DNA from: Spirochaetota bacterium
GTDB lineage: Bacteria; Spirochaetota; UBA4802; UBA5550
Length of the DNA stretch: 64,000 nucleotides
Reading direction: 5' to 3'
Assembly (NCBI GenBank): GCA_050298055.1
Contig: JBNKTL010000008.1
Coordinates: 56,884-120,883, forward strand
Below the pieces are notes generated by a model that was not told where the DNA came from, did not search any database, and worked only from the letters and a program-made list of their open reading frames with translations. Positions 1 through 9,800 of the stretch are shown here, in pieces. How positions within the stretch are numbered: the stretch's first letter is position 1; each line of letters starts with the position of its first letter. Made by a program: the position numbers and the translations under genes.

Positions 1-1
1 C

Positions 2-2194
2 AAGGTCAGGGAGAAATTCGAGGACACGGCCTTCTGGAAAGCGGACATTCGGACAGACAGGTCGGGGAGGGCGCGGGTAGACTTTACCCTTCCCGATAAC
101 CTTACAACCTGGAGGCTCACTGCCCGGGGACATGATAAGAGAGGACGTGTGGGCGAGAAGAAAAGGAAGTTCCTGGTAACACAGGACCTTATCGCGCGTA
201 TAGGGAAACCGAGGTTCATGATAGAGAAGGACGATCTTTCATTGATCAGCATCGTCACCAGCAATACCAAAAGGGGTCTGCCCGGGATAGATATCGATCT
301 CAGGGTTGACGGGAAGACGGTACCCCCTGCCGACAGGGGGAAGATCAGCCTCCCCGGATTCGGCTCCGCGAGAAAGTACCATAAGGTCACTGTCCCGGAA
401 AAGAGGGATGAAAGTGTCGTTCAGCTCACGGCCAGGGGTGATGCCCGGGCAAAGGACGCCCTGAAGATAAAGATCCCCGTGGAAAAGAGGGGGGCCGCTT
501 ACAAGCTCTTCGGGCTGGGGGATTTCACCGCCAACAGGAAGATAGAGCTTGAAGCAATGAAGAAGAGCAATGACTTTACCTTTGTTCCCGAGAGGGTCAC
601 CCTCTCCCTCAATCCTTCGCCCCTTCAGAAGATGCTTAAGGCCACAAAGTTCCTGGTTGAGTATCCCTACGGCTGTGTTGAACAGACCATAAACAGGTTC
701 ATTCCCCTTCTCGCTGTGAACAGGCTGATCCGTGACAGCAGGTATTCGGGGCTTGTGAGCAATATCAGCAGCGGGAAACTGGACAGCATGGTGCGCGCGG
801 GGATATCACGGCTCCAGGTTGCGCAGAACTCAGACGGCAGCTGGGGCTGGTGGGGAGGTGACAGGGGCAACGAGTTTATCACCGGCTATGTCCTCTATTC
901 CCTGAAACTGGCAAAGGACTTCGGGTATGATGTGAGTAATGATACTGTCAAGAGAGGGACAGGGGCCGTGGGCAGGATGCTGCGTTCGGGGAACCGGATG
1001 AGTAACGACGCCAGGGCTTTTCTCCTCTCTGTCTACTCCCTCTGGGGGTACTGGAACGCGGATGCCTACCTGAGGCTTATGGGCACGAAAAGGTCCGTCT
1101 ATTCCACTGCTTTCCTCCTCAGGTCTGTTGCAACGGTAAAGGGAGACCTGTTTAAAAGAAAATCGGCGGTTGCGGGAAGCAGGGAGTCTGTTCTCAAAAA
1201 GCTTGCCGGGGAGATAAAGGAGAAGAGGAAAATGGATTCCCGGGGAATATACTGGCAGGGGAGAAGGGAACAGAGATGGGGCTGGCCGGGAAGCAGGACC
1301 GAGATATCCGCCCATGTGCTTGCCGCCCTGGTTGAGGCCGGCGACAGGTCCCCGGTAAGCTCTCAAATCGTCAGTTCTCTCTCAAAAAGGTCCCGGGGGA
1401 GCTACTGGAGGACAACCAAGGAGACGGCAACGGTTATCCTTGCCCTCTATGACTATATGAAGAAGAGGAAGGGGAGTGTGGGCGGACCGGCGGATGTAAA
1501 GTTCAGCGTTAACGGAAAACCGGCGGCCGAACTGAAATATGATCCCGAAACAAAAACCCGTCCCGGCGATCTCATCAAAACCGTAAAACTCTCCGGCAGC
1601 GGGGAAAAGGGAAAGGTGGTGGTTAACGCCGCCGGTAAAGCGGGAAGTGACGCCAGCTACGACGTGACGGTCTCCGGGACCCTTTACTTTAATCCCTCGG
1701 GGTTTCTCTCTTTCTTTAAGTCCGAAAAGAAGGGACTGGACCTTCTCTCCAACGGGATCAAACTCTTCAGGAGTTTCGAGGGGATCACCCGGGTCAAAGA
1801 CATGAGGAGAAACGAGTACCTTGTCCCGGGCAGGCTCTCGTCATCAAAGGAGATAAAGGTGGGCGACCAGCTCCTGGTAAAGGTGAGGTTCCGGGCCGCC
1901 GATGACTTTGAATATCTTGTGCTTGAAGACTATCTGCCCTCTGGATTTGAAGTCATAAAAAAGGACGCCTATAACAACTACCAGCCCTATGTCCGCTCCG
2001 AGAGGTGGGACAACAGGATGGTCTATTTCTTTAACAATGTATCAAAGGGGAAGGTCTATGAGATCGCCTATATTATCAGGGCGGAGCTTCCCGGCAGGTT
2101 CATGGTCAGGCCCGCCAGGATGGAGTGCATGTATGATCCCGAGATACAGGGCTGGTCATCACCGACGATTATTGAAGTAAAAAAGAAAAAATGA
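2..2194 (+). CDS. Bacterial alpha-2-macroglobulin family protein, C-terminal part (5' end lies outside the window)
   Basis: Frame is open from base 2 (KVREKFEDTAFW...LPDNLTTWR, A2M MG motif); thioester motif PYGCVEQT; C-terminal LEDYLPSGFE and ECMYDPE motifs. Confidence 0.92.
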   Translation, partial: KVREKFEDTAFWKADIRTDRSGRARVDFTLPDNLTTWRLTARGHDKRGRVGEKKRKFLVTQDLIARIGKPRFMIEKDDLSLISIVTSNTKRGLPGIDIDLRVDGKTVPPADRGKISLPGFGSARKYHKVTVPEKRDESVVQLTARGDARAKDALKIKIPVEKRGAAYKLFGLGDFTANRKIELEAMKKSNDFTFVPERVTLSLNPSPLQKMLKATKFLVEYPYGCVEQTINRFIPLLAVNRLIRDSRYSGLVSNISSGKLDSMVRAGISRLQVAQNSDGSWGWWGGDRGNEFITGYVLYSLKLAKDFGYDVSNDTVKRGTGAVGRMLRSGNRMSNDARAFLLSVYSLWGYWNADAYLRLMGTKRSVYSTAFLLRSVATVKGDLFKRKSAVAGSRESVLKKLAGEIKEKRKMDSRGIYWQGRREQRWGWPGSRTEISAHVLAALVEAGDRSPVSSQIVSSLSKRSRGSYWRTTKETATVILALYDYMKKRKGSVGGPADVKFSVNGKPAAELKYDPETKTRPGDLIKTVKLSGSGEKGKVVVNAAGKAGSDASYDVTVSGTLYFNPSGFLSFFKSEKKGLDLLSNGIKLFRSFEGITRVKDMRRNEYLVPGRLSSSKEIKVGDQLLVKVRFRAADDFEYLVLEDYLPSGFEVIKKDAYNNYQPYVRSERWDNRMVYFFNNVSKGKVYEIAYIIRAELPGRFMVRPARMECMYDPEIQGWSSPTIIEVKKKK

Positions 2195-2405
2195 GTGATT
2201 GCCACAGAGGCTCATCTCGATACGATCCTGCTCATCGAGTAGCCAGGAAATGGCATGTCGAAATGCAGGATCACTCGATGAGCATCTTATGTTCCCCGAG
2301 TGATTTGCCGCTTTATTAATACAGTGCTTTATGCTCTTTATAAGGAGCGGCAAATTGTATCGAGGGGAACAGATCATTACGTCACTTCGTTCCTCATGAT
2401 GACAG
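2195..2405. repeat. Cluster of nested REP-like palindromes (CTCGATAC-stem-CACTCG type)
   Basis: IR pairs gatcctgc 2224-2231/gcaggatc 2265-2272; tgctcatcgagt 2229-2240/actcgatgagca 2273-2284; gttcccc..atttgccgct/agcggcaaat..ggggaac across 2291-2370. Confidence 0.6.
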
Positions 2406-2477
2406 TTTCTTTAATTCGGAACTATCTATAGCCGCATTTATCTGCGGTAAAATTTATTTTTATGAAATAAATTGTTT

Positions 2478-4550
2478 ATGAAAAAAACAGTTCTTATTCT
2501 TCTTCTCTTTCTTATCTCCGGGGGGGGAGCTCCCGGGAATGACGAATATTCAGCTCATTTCCCGGGACACCAGAGATCGGTAAAGATCGGCATTCTCTCG
2601 AAACAGCTGAGGCTTATCAGGGAGAAGGGAGGGGGGATCCTGATATTTACCGCAAAGAACCCCCTTACTCTCTATGAACTTTCCACCGGGACCCTCTCTG
2701 AAACCGAATCTATAAAACTGGCCTATGAACAGGGCTCCTGGAGGTTATGGGCGGGAGATATGCAGCCTGCCGGAAAGTTCAGCCTCCTGGTAAAAAAAAC
2801 AGAAATGTCCGGTTCTCTGAAAGTGAAGATCGGCAACGAACTGAGGCGCTACCCTCTCCCCCTCACCATTACCCGGGGGGGAAAAGACCCCCTGGTAACC
2901 GTTACGGAAGAGATCAGCCGTTACTCCCTGGATTCCGCCCTGGCAGAGTATGGTGCCAGGTCTCCCCTCGAGTATGAAGCGGTGGATGCCCTGGCCCGGA
3001 TCATTGAAGCCAGGGGCCTTATGGGCCTGAAAAATCCCCGCCATAAAGGGTATCACTTCTGCGACCTGACCCACTGCCAGGTCTACAGGGGCAGGAAGGG
3101 AAAAAAGGGACCCGCGCCGCCTCCCTTTTACGGCAGATGGCGGATTGACCTGAAGGGGCTGAAAAACCCTCTCCTCTTTCATTCATCCTGCGGGGGCAGG
3201 ACCTTCGGACCGGAACTCTTCGCGTCGGAGCCCCCATACATGTACAGGGGGGTAAAGGACTTTCTCTACAGGGAAAACCTTCTGCTCTGCCGAAACGGCA
3301 ATTCATACTGGGAGAGGATTCTTCCCAGGGATGAAATCTTCCATATCCTGAAGCTTAAGGGCTGCTCTCCGGGAAGGGCCGGGAATTTCCTTGAATACGG
3401 GAGGAAAAAACTGCAGGTGAAGGTCCGCTGCGGGGAGAGGGAAGTGAATTATCCCCCGGAAAACTTCAGGATAAGGATCAACAGGGTGAAGGGGTGGAGC
3501 TTTATCAGGAGCAATAACTATACGGTGCAGAGAGGAAAGGGTCAGGGAGAACTCCTCCTCAGAGGTTACGGGCTGGGGCACGGTTCCGGTTTCTGCCAGA
3601 CGGGGGCCCTGGAGCTTTCCCGGAGGGGATATTCCGCGTCTGAGATTATCCGGCACTACTATCCTGATATTAATCTTGTTTCCCTTACCGGGGAAGATGA
3701 CAGGTCCTCTGACATCTCGTACGCCCTCTTCGACCTCTCCACGGGGAGGATACGGGTATCAACCTCACCGTCACTGGTAAAGAGGAGGTTCCCTCCCGGT
3801 TCCCTCTGGAAGCTTGTGACCTCCCTCTACCTTGCCGGGGAGAGGCAGGACCTCCTGAGGGACTACCGGTATACCTGTACCGGGAGCGGGGGAGACGATC
3901 CCCGGCTTCCCGAAAGGTGCTGGAAGAGGGAAGGCCACGGGAACCTGGATTTCCGGGCGGCCCTTTCAGGTTCCTGTAATCTCTATTTCGCGTCCCTCTC
4001 CCGTGTCATCGATTTCAGGCGGTACAGGGAATTTGTTGAAAGACTTTTAAGGGACCTTGGAATAGCCGCTGAGATTCCCGGGATAAAAACAAAGAAAGAT
4101 GAGGCACAATTCCTGGCGGGCCTCGATTTCAGGATAAGTCTCGGGATAAAAGACCTCATAAAGATCGTTGCCCTTTTTCAGCCTGTTGAGAGTAATAATA
4201 AACGTGTAAGGAAGGTCCGGAACTCTCTTCCCCTCCCGGCCAGGGACTCAATACTGGAAGCCCTTCACGGGACTTTCATCCACGGCACTGCGGCATTTCA
4301 CCGGGAAAGGGAGAAACCCGGTCTGCTGAAAAAACAGCTCATCTTCAGCGGGAAGAACGCTGAATTATTGAAGAAAAAGAGTGACGGTATCTGGGGCAAG
4401 ACATCAACGGTCATCGACGGTACCAACAGGCCCGTAAGTTACGGGATTTTCCTGGGAGCATCTGAAAATACCGGTATCATCCTCTTTTTAAAAAACGGCA
4501 ACGGGCATAACGCGGCAAAATGGGGAAAGGTCATTCTCCTTGATAAATGA
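2478..4550 (+). CDS. Secreted SpoIID/LytB-domain protein fused to a penicillin-binding/transpeptidase-like domain
   Basis: Signal peptide; SpoIID motifs FCDLTHCQVY, FHSSCGG, GLGHGSGFCQTGA, IIRHYYP; C-terminal PGSLWK (SxxK), SCN (SxN), GKTS (KTG-like). ATG 2478 preferred over TTG 2472. Confidence 0.8.
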   Translation: MKKTVLILLLFLISGGGAPGNDEYSAHFPGHQRSVKIGILSKQLRLIREKGGGILIFTAKNPLTLYELSTGTLSETESIKLAYEQGSWRLWAGDMQPAGKFSLLVKKTEMSGSLKVKIGNELRRYPLPLTITRGGKDPLVTVTEEISRYSLDSALAEYGARSPLEYEAVDALARIIEARGLMGLKNPRHKGYHFCDLTHCQVYRGRKGKKGPAPPPFYGRWRIDLKGLKNPLLFHSSCGGRTFGPELFASEPPYMYRGVKDFLYRENLLLCRNGNSYWERILPRDEIFHILKLKGCSPGRAGNFLEYGRKKLQVKVRCGEREVNYPPENFRIRINRVKGWSFIRSNNYTVQRGKGQGELLLRGYGLGHGSGFCQTGALELSRRGYSASEIIRHYYPDINLVSLTGEDDRSSDISYALFDLSTGRIRVSTSPSLVKRRFPPGSLWKLVTSLYLAGERQDLLRDYRYTCTGSGGDDPRLPERCWKREGHGNLDFRAALSGSCNLYFASLSRVIDFRRYREFVERLLRDLGIAAEIPGIKTKKDEAQFLAGLDFRISLGIKDLIKIVALFQPVESNNKRVRKVRNSLPLPARDSILEALHGTFIHGTAAFHREREKPGLLKKQLIFSGKNAELLKKKSDGIWGKTSTVIDGTNRPVSYGIFLGASENTGIILFLKNGNGHNAAKWGKVILLDK

Positions 4551-4570
4551 CCCGGTGTTTATATGTACAC

Positions 4571-4700
4571 ATAACTGAAGAGAGTTTCCGGTAATATATG
4601 AATTATAACCAGGAATAACAACAATGTGTTCCCGCCGCCGAAGGCGGCGGGAACACATCAGTTCTGTTTTTTAATAGAGAATATTATTAGTGAGTAATTT
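4571..4700 (+). mobile_element. MITE copy 1 (GNA-hairpin family), ends degenerate
   Basis: Perfect 16-bp stem atgtgttcccgccgcc-GAA-ggcggcgggaacacat 4624-4658 with family flanks; right end tgagtaatt at ~4691-4699. Confidence 0.75.
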
Positions 4701-4780
4701 TTATAAAAATTTTTGTATTGACGTATTATTGAAAAATGCTTATATTTATAATCATACAACAACAGATAACAAACATATAT

Positions 4781-4830
4781 GAAAAGATCACTCCGTGCCT
4801 TGGCGGCAGGGAGATATCAATGGTGTTTTG
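4781..4830 (+). repeat. Highly degenerate MITE hairpin remnant
   Basis: ccgtgccttggcggcagggagatatcaa resembles consensus ...ggcggcggggacatatcaa. Confidence 0.4.
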
Positions 4831-4859
4831 ATAGATTCTGAAATGAGAAGGGGGATGAG

Positions 4860-6410
4860 GTGAGAGAGCTATTTGTTGTTCTGTTATCAGTTTTTTTTCT
4901 CGGTTTAACGGCCTGCGAGAGGTCATCTGTGATATACAACTCCTTTCAGGAATCAGTGGACGCGGAGATTGCCTCCCTGGACGCGGCGGATTTTACCTAT
5001 ACGGGGGCCGATAACCGGGACCACATTACCGATGACTTTACTCTCCCCACAACAGGCAGAGAAGGGACCACCATAACATGGACCAGCAGTCATCCCCAAT
5101 ATGTGATTGTGACCGGTGGAAACGCCGATGTGATTGCCCGCCCCGCTTACTTTGAAGGGGACTTTAAGGTGACCCTTACGGCAACGGTGAGTGTTGAGGG
5201 TGCCAGCGGGACAACGGAGATTGTTGTTGTGGTTGCCGCCGAAGAAACGCACATGATAACTCAAAAATATGTATCAGATCCCTCTGTTCAGGTAGGTGAC
5301 AATTTCGGATACAGTGTATCCATCAGCGGGGATCATGTCATAGCAGGTGTTCCCTATCAGGATCTCGGTGGCTTAACTACTGATGAATACGGTGCGGCCT
5401 ATATCTTTGAGCGGAACACATTAGGTAACTGGAACCAGGTTCAAAAACTCAATGCCACTCCCTACAATCCAGGTGATGAATTTGGTTGCAGTGTGGCCGT
5501 CAGCGGAGACTATGCCATTGTGGGAGCTCATAATAATGATGATTATGGGAATAATGCCGGATTAGCCTATATCTTTGAGCGGGACATAGGGGGAACATGG
5601 AACCAGGTTCAAATACTTTATGCTTCTAATTACGATGTTGATGACGAATTTGGTTACAGTGTGGCCATCAGCGGAGACTATGCCATTGTTGCTGCTTATA
5701 ATTATAGCGGTTCTTCCGGCGCAATATATATTTTTGAGCGGGAAGGGGGCACCTGGAATGAAAAACAAACATTTACGGCTGAATCTGGTGGTGATTATTA
5801 TGGAGAAAGTGTCTCCATAAGCGGGAATTATGCTATTGTAGGAGCTTACTTTCATGATCCCGGTGGCGTATCTAACGCCGGAGCAGCCTATATCATTGAG
5901 CGGGACGCGGGGGGAAACTGGAACCAGGTTCAAAAACTTACTGCCGATATTCCCGCTGTGAATGAGAACTTTGGCAATAGTGTTTCCATCAGCGGAAATT
6001 ATGCCATTGTGGGCGCTTTTCAAAATATTGATTTGGGGTTTCAGGCCGGTGCGGCCTATATTTTTGAGCGGAACACATCAGGAAACTGGAACCGGGTTCA
6101 AAAACTCACTGCATCTAATGGAGGGATTAATGACCGGTTTGGCACCAGTGTATCCATCAACAGGGGCTTTGCCGTAATAGGGGCTCCTTATGAAGATGAC
6201 ATAAGCAATAATGATAATGGCGCAATATATGTTTTTAAGCGTAACAACAGCGGCAGCTGGTATGAAGATAAGATCATTCGGGCATCTCCGGAAGAGGATG
6301 ATGCTTATTTTGGCTTTTATGTATCTATCAGTGAAGACTCTGTTATTGTGGGCGCTCACATGGAAGACAGCGGTGCAACAGATGGCGGTGCGATCTATAT
6401 ATTGTATTAG
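4860..6410 (+). CDS. Lipoprotein with Ig-like domain and FG-GAP (integrin alpha-like) beta-propeller repeats
   Basis: Lipobox-like LTAC; FTLPTTG..TTITWTSS Ig-like motif; about 7 repeats of FGxSVSISGDYAIVGA...GAAYIFER; DNA repeat units 168 bp apart (gcctat at 5397/5565 and 5886/6054). Confidence 0.88.
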   Translation: MRELFVVLLSVFFLGLTACERSSVIYNSFQESVDAEIASLDAADFTYTGADNRDHITDDFTLPTTGREGTTITWTSSHPQYVIVTGGNADVIARPAYFEGDFKVTLTATVSVEGASGTTEIVVVVAAEETHMITQKYVSDPSVQVGDNFGYSVSISGDHVIAGVPYQDLGGLTTDEYGAAYIFERNTLGNWNQVQKLNATPYNPGDEFGCSVAVSGDYAIVGAHNNDDYGNNAGLAYIFERDIGGTWNQVQILYASNYDVDDEFGYSVAISGDYAIVAAYNYSGSSGAIYIFEREGGTWNEKQTFTAESGGDYYGESVSISGNYAIVGAYFHDPGGVSNAGAAYIIERDAGGNWNQVQKLTADIPAVNENFGNSVSISGNYAIVGAFQNIDLGFQAGAAYIFERNTSGNWNRVQKLTASNGGINDRFGTSVSINRGFAVIGAPYEDDISNNDNGAIYVFKRNNSGSWYEDKIIRASPEEDDAYFGFYVSISEDSVIVGAHMEDSGATDGGAIYILY

Positions 6411-6427
6411 GCTGTTTGCTTCTATAA

Positions 6428-6754
6428 TATAAGTATTTCAATATCCTCTCCAACAAAATTTCTGCGGTATTCCGGTTCGAGGCAAAAGACTTTGCGGATA
6501 TATATATGATCGCGAAAAACCGGCAGTTCAATTGGGAAGAAATAGTCACTGAAGCAAAAATGAAAGAAGCCGCAGTTGATCCCATTGAATTGTATAATAT
6601 TCTTCAAGCAATACCTTCCGATGCCATAAGCTCCATAAGATGTACCTCTTCTTTTGATAGTGCTCACATAAAGCGGGAACTGGCTGTTATCGCGGAGGAT
6701 ATCTTTAAAAGTACTGAAAATTCATTAAATGATGGTTCCCATGTGCCTGGTTAA
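6428..6754 (+). pseudogene. 5'-truncated remnant of an AbiEii/type IV TA nucleotidyltransferase toxin
   Basis: Frame open from 6428 with no start codon: NILSNKISAVFRFEAKDFADIYMI matches the K...R..KD..D C-terminal motif of AbiEii-like NTases; the N-terminal GGT motif is absent. Confidence 0.6.
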
Positions 6755-6857
6755 TGCTGAATTCAAAACTAACCCCAACCGATAATTTTTTCTATTGACG
6801 TCTCTTTTGATCGGTATGATCTTGTGGCAGAAACATGATTATCTTTAAAAAGGACTA

Positions 6858-9800
6858 TTGCCTGTGATATTGACCCAGAGACCTCCCGTGGAAGACCTTC
6901 AAAAACTGGGAATCCCCTTTCAGAACAAAGTGGGTGCCTCCCGTAAAGTAAACAACCTCATTGAGGAGCTCAGTCATCCCAACATTGACTGGAAAACCGC
7001 CGTGGGGGAGATCAGGTCGTATCTCTTTGACTACATCCATGAGATCGCCCCGGAGGGTCCTGATATCCTCCCCATACTTTTCTACTTTCTCTACGAGGCA
7101 ACGGCCCGGAAAAAGGGCTCGGCACTCCGGGCCTGTGAGACATTTTTCAACAGGTACAATTTCATTATAAAGAACCGGGGGGAGGGAAAAGGGGCCTTTG
7201 AAAAATTGCAGGAACTTTTTGATGAATTCTATGAGAAGTATAACAGCCTTCTGCTTGAAGAGAGCAGGCAGGGCTACTTCTACGGCAGTATCAATAATAC
7301 CGTGCTTAATTTCGGTTCCACCCTGGTTGAAAAAGGGGAAGAGGCGGGCCCCCTTCTGGCTAAAATCAACACCTTTATAAAGCTTCAGTTTTTGGTATAC
7401 CTGGAAAGAATAATCCTCACTTCTGAAAAGGAGATAAAAAAGCTGAAAGTCTCCCTGGCGGGGTCTTCGGTGCGGGATGAGATATTGGACCTTCTTGAAT
7501 CTGTTTCAAAGAAATCGTACAGGAGACTTCTCGATTCTGTTGAAGACGGTTTGAAGAAAGACCAGCTCGGGCTCTTCGGAAGGATCCATGAAAAGCTCGA
7601 TTTTTCCCACAATTCCCGGACATGGGAGAAGATATGCACACTGGTCAGGAAGAGTATCGACGAAGACGGGATAGATGATGCCTCCGCCCTTGACCTCCTT
7701 GCATACCTTATCGAAAAGTCCAACGAAGGGAGTGACCGGGACCTTCAGCTTTTTATCTCACGGACGGTTGCCTCCGTGTGCAGCACCTTTGTGCAGAAGG
7801 AGAAGATCTCTCTCCTGAACGATGTGGTGGACATGGTCATGCCTTCACTCCTCCGGGAGATCGAGAATGAACGGAACTACTATGCCGCCTTTACAACAAT
7901 ATACAACATCGGCAAAACCGTCATCGAGTCGGGAAACCTTGAGGTCATCGATTATTTTGTGGACATACTGGTAAAATCAAAATTCTGCTTTCCCAGCTTT
8001 TCCGGGATTGCCTCAGACTGGTCGGTGATCGTCAACTCGAGCCACCTGGAGAACATCAGGACCTGGATGAAGCTCATCGAGCTCAACCCGGTACTCATGG
8101 GAAGGCTTGCCGCCAGCCTCATCGTGAACCTCAAGCTGGGGGGTGTTTTCCTCAAGGACACCGATGTCTTCCAGCGGGACATCTCGCTGCTCCTCAACAG
8201 TGATTATAAAGAAGCCTTTTACCTGGTAACCTCTCTGGCCGCTGTTTTTCCGGCGTTCTTTCATGACATCGGCGCCACGGGGAATATCCGCTCTTTTACC
8301 GAGAAGATCGATACAAACCACCAGATGAACGACCTTATCCATTTCGTGAGAAAACAGGTCCACGTGGAGTCAAGCAGCAGGACCGTTTTCCTGGTCCAGA
8401 GGGTGGTGGAGTTCTGGCTTTCCGGAGACAGGACCCTTCTCAAAGGGCTTGTTCCCGTAGAGGTCTATGACAACCTTGATCATCTCTATAAAATGATAAA
8501 CTATGACCAGGAGAAAGTCCCGGAAGAGATCATCAGGGAGATGAAGGAGCACTTCACTCATCTGGCGGACCTGAAGTTCTGGGACTTTCTGGATCAAATA
8601 GGCAGGGACACCTTTGTTGAATTTGTTGAGAAGAATAACTTCCGGAAAATTTCCGGGAAGGAGAAAAAGGAGGCCCTTATCTACTTCGAGGATTACTTTA
8701 CAACCAGAAATCCAACTGAGTTGAGTAAAATGCTCCTGGTTATCGAGGATATGTTCGGTGTCGATATGACCACCACCAAGATATGGAAACTCCTCTACGA
8801 GATATCCGATGATGAATTCAGGCGGATGTTCGATGTGGTGGAGCAGTGTGATGTCTCCAAAGTCAACGTGGAGAAATTTATCACCTTCCTCCATGTCTAC
8901 AGGATGCTCTTTGACAAGTATAACTTTTCCGAGATCAGGGCCGTTGAAAAACTGGAAATATACGCGGGGGAGGGGCTGTTCCGGCCCCATGAAGATTTCT
9001 TCCGGGTGCTTACCGGCCCGGACCTCTTAAAGGCCCTGGACAGGCTGCTCCTGACCCAGGATTCCCTGAAAAAGGGGATACTCCTCTCCGGGGAGCAGTT
9101 CGAGCCCCTTGATACCATCGAGTTCAAGAGGCATATCGCCTTCGGGATACCCTCCATGTACGGGTCTTACAAAGAGAAAAAGTTCGATACCCTGAAGGTC
9201 TTTTTCCACATGAACCTTATCAGGCTGAGTCTCTTTGAAAAGATCGATGAGGAGTATGGTAATTTTGAAAAGGGTGAGCTCGATTTTCCCCTTATCAGGG
9301 AGATCATCTTTCTCTTTCTCAGAACCTTTCTTATTGACGGACTGGCAAACCAGGAGATGCTCATCTCGTGTAACCTCCTTGATACACCGAATATGAGATT
9401 TGCCCAGTTCAGGGACATCATCAACCATCTCCTGAGCATTCACGGGGAGGTTTCCGACAGGTTCAACAAGACCTTCAAGTCTGTCTGCGTCTCCGCCATT
9501 AACAATATCGGGATTGACAGTATCATAGAAAAGTTCCATCCCCATGACAGGGAGAACAGTATTGAGATCATTGTTGACCGGTTTATGAGGGACCAGATAA
9601 TGCAGTCACCCCTCCTCCAGCTTTTCGATAACTTTCTCATCAGGCTGAGAGACAGGGTGCAGGCTGAAATGGATGAAAAAAGCGACTTTATCTGTCTTAA
9701 CTGCGGCGACCCGGACAAGCTTGAGAGCGGTAAGATCCATGAGTTGAGGAGCTTTGATGACTTTATGCCGGAACACAAGACCTATCTTCCCATATGGGAC

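Noticed and set aside
4624..4658. Hairpin as a simple Rho-independent terminator
   Set aside because: No immediate U-tract, and copies also sit between divergent genes and upstream of starts; incidental termination is still possible.
5290..6400. FG-GAP DNA repeats as a DGR template/variable repeat pair
   Set aside because: The repeats are in-frame blades, differences are not confined to adenines, and no reverse transcriptase is present.
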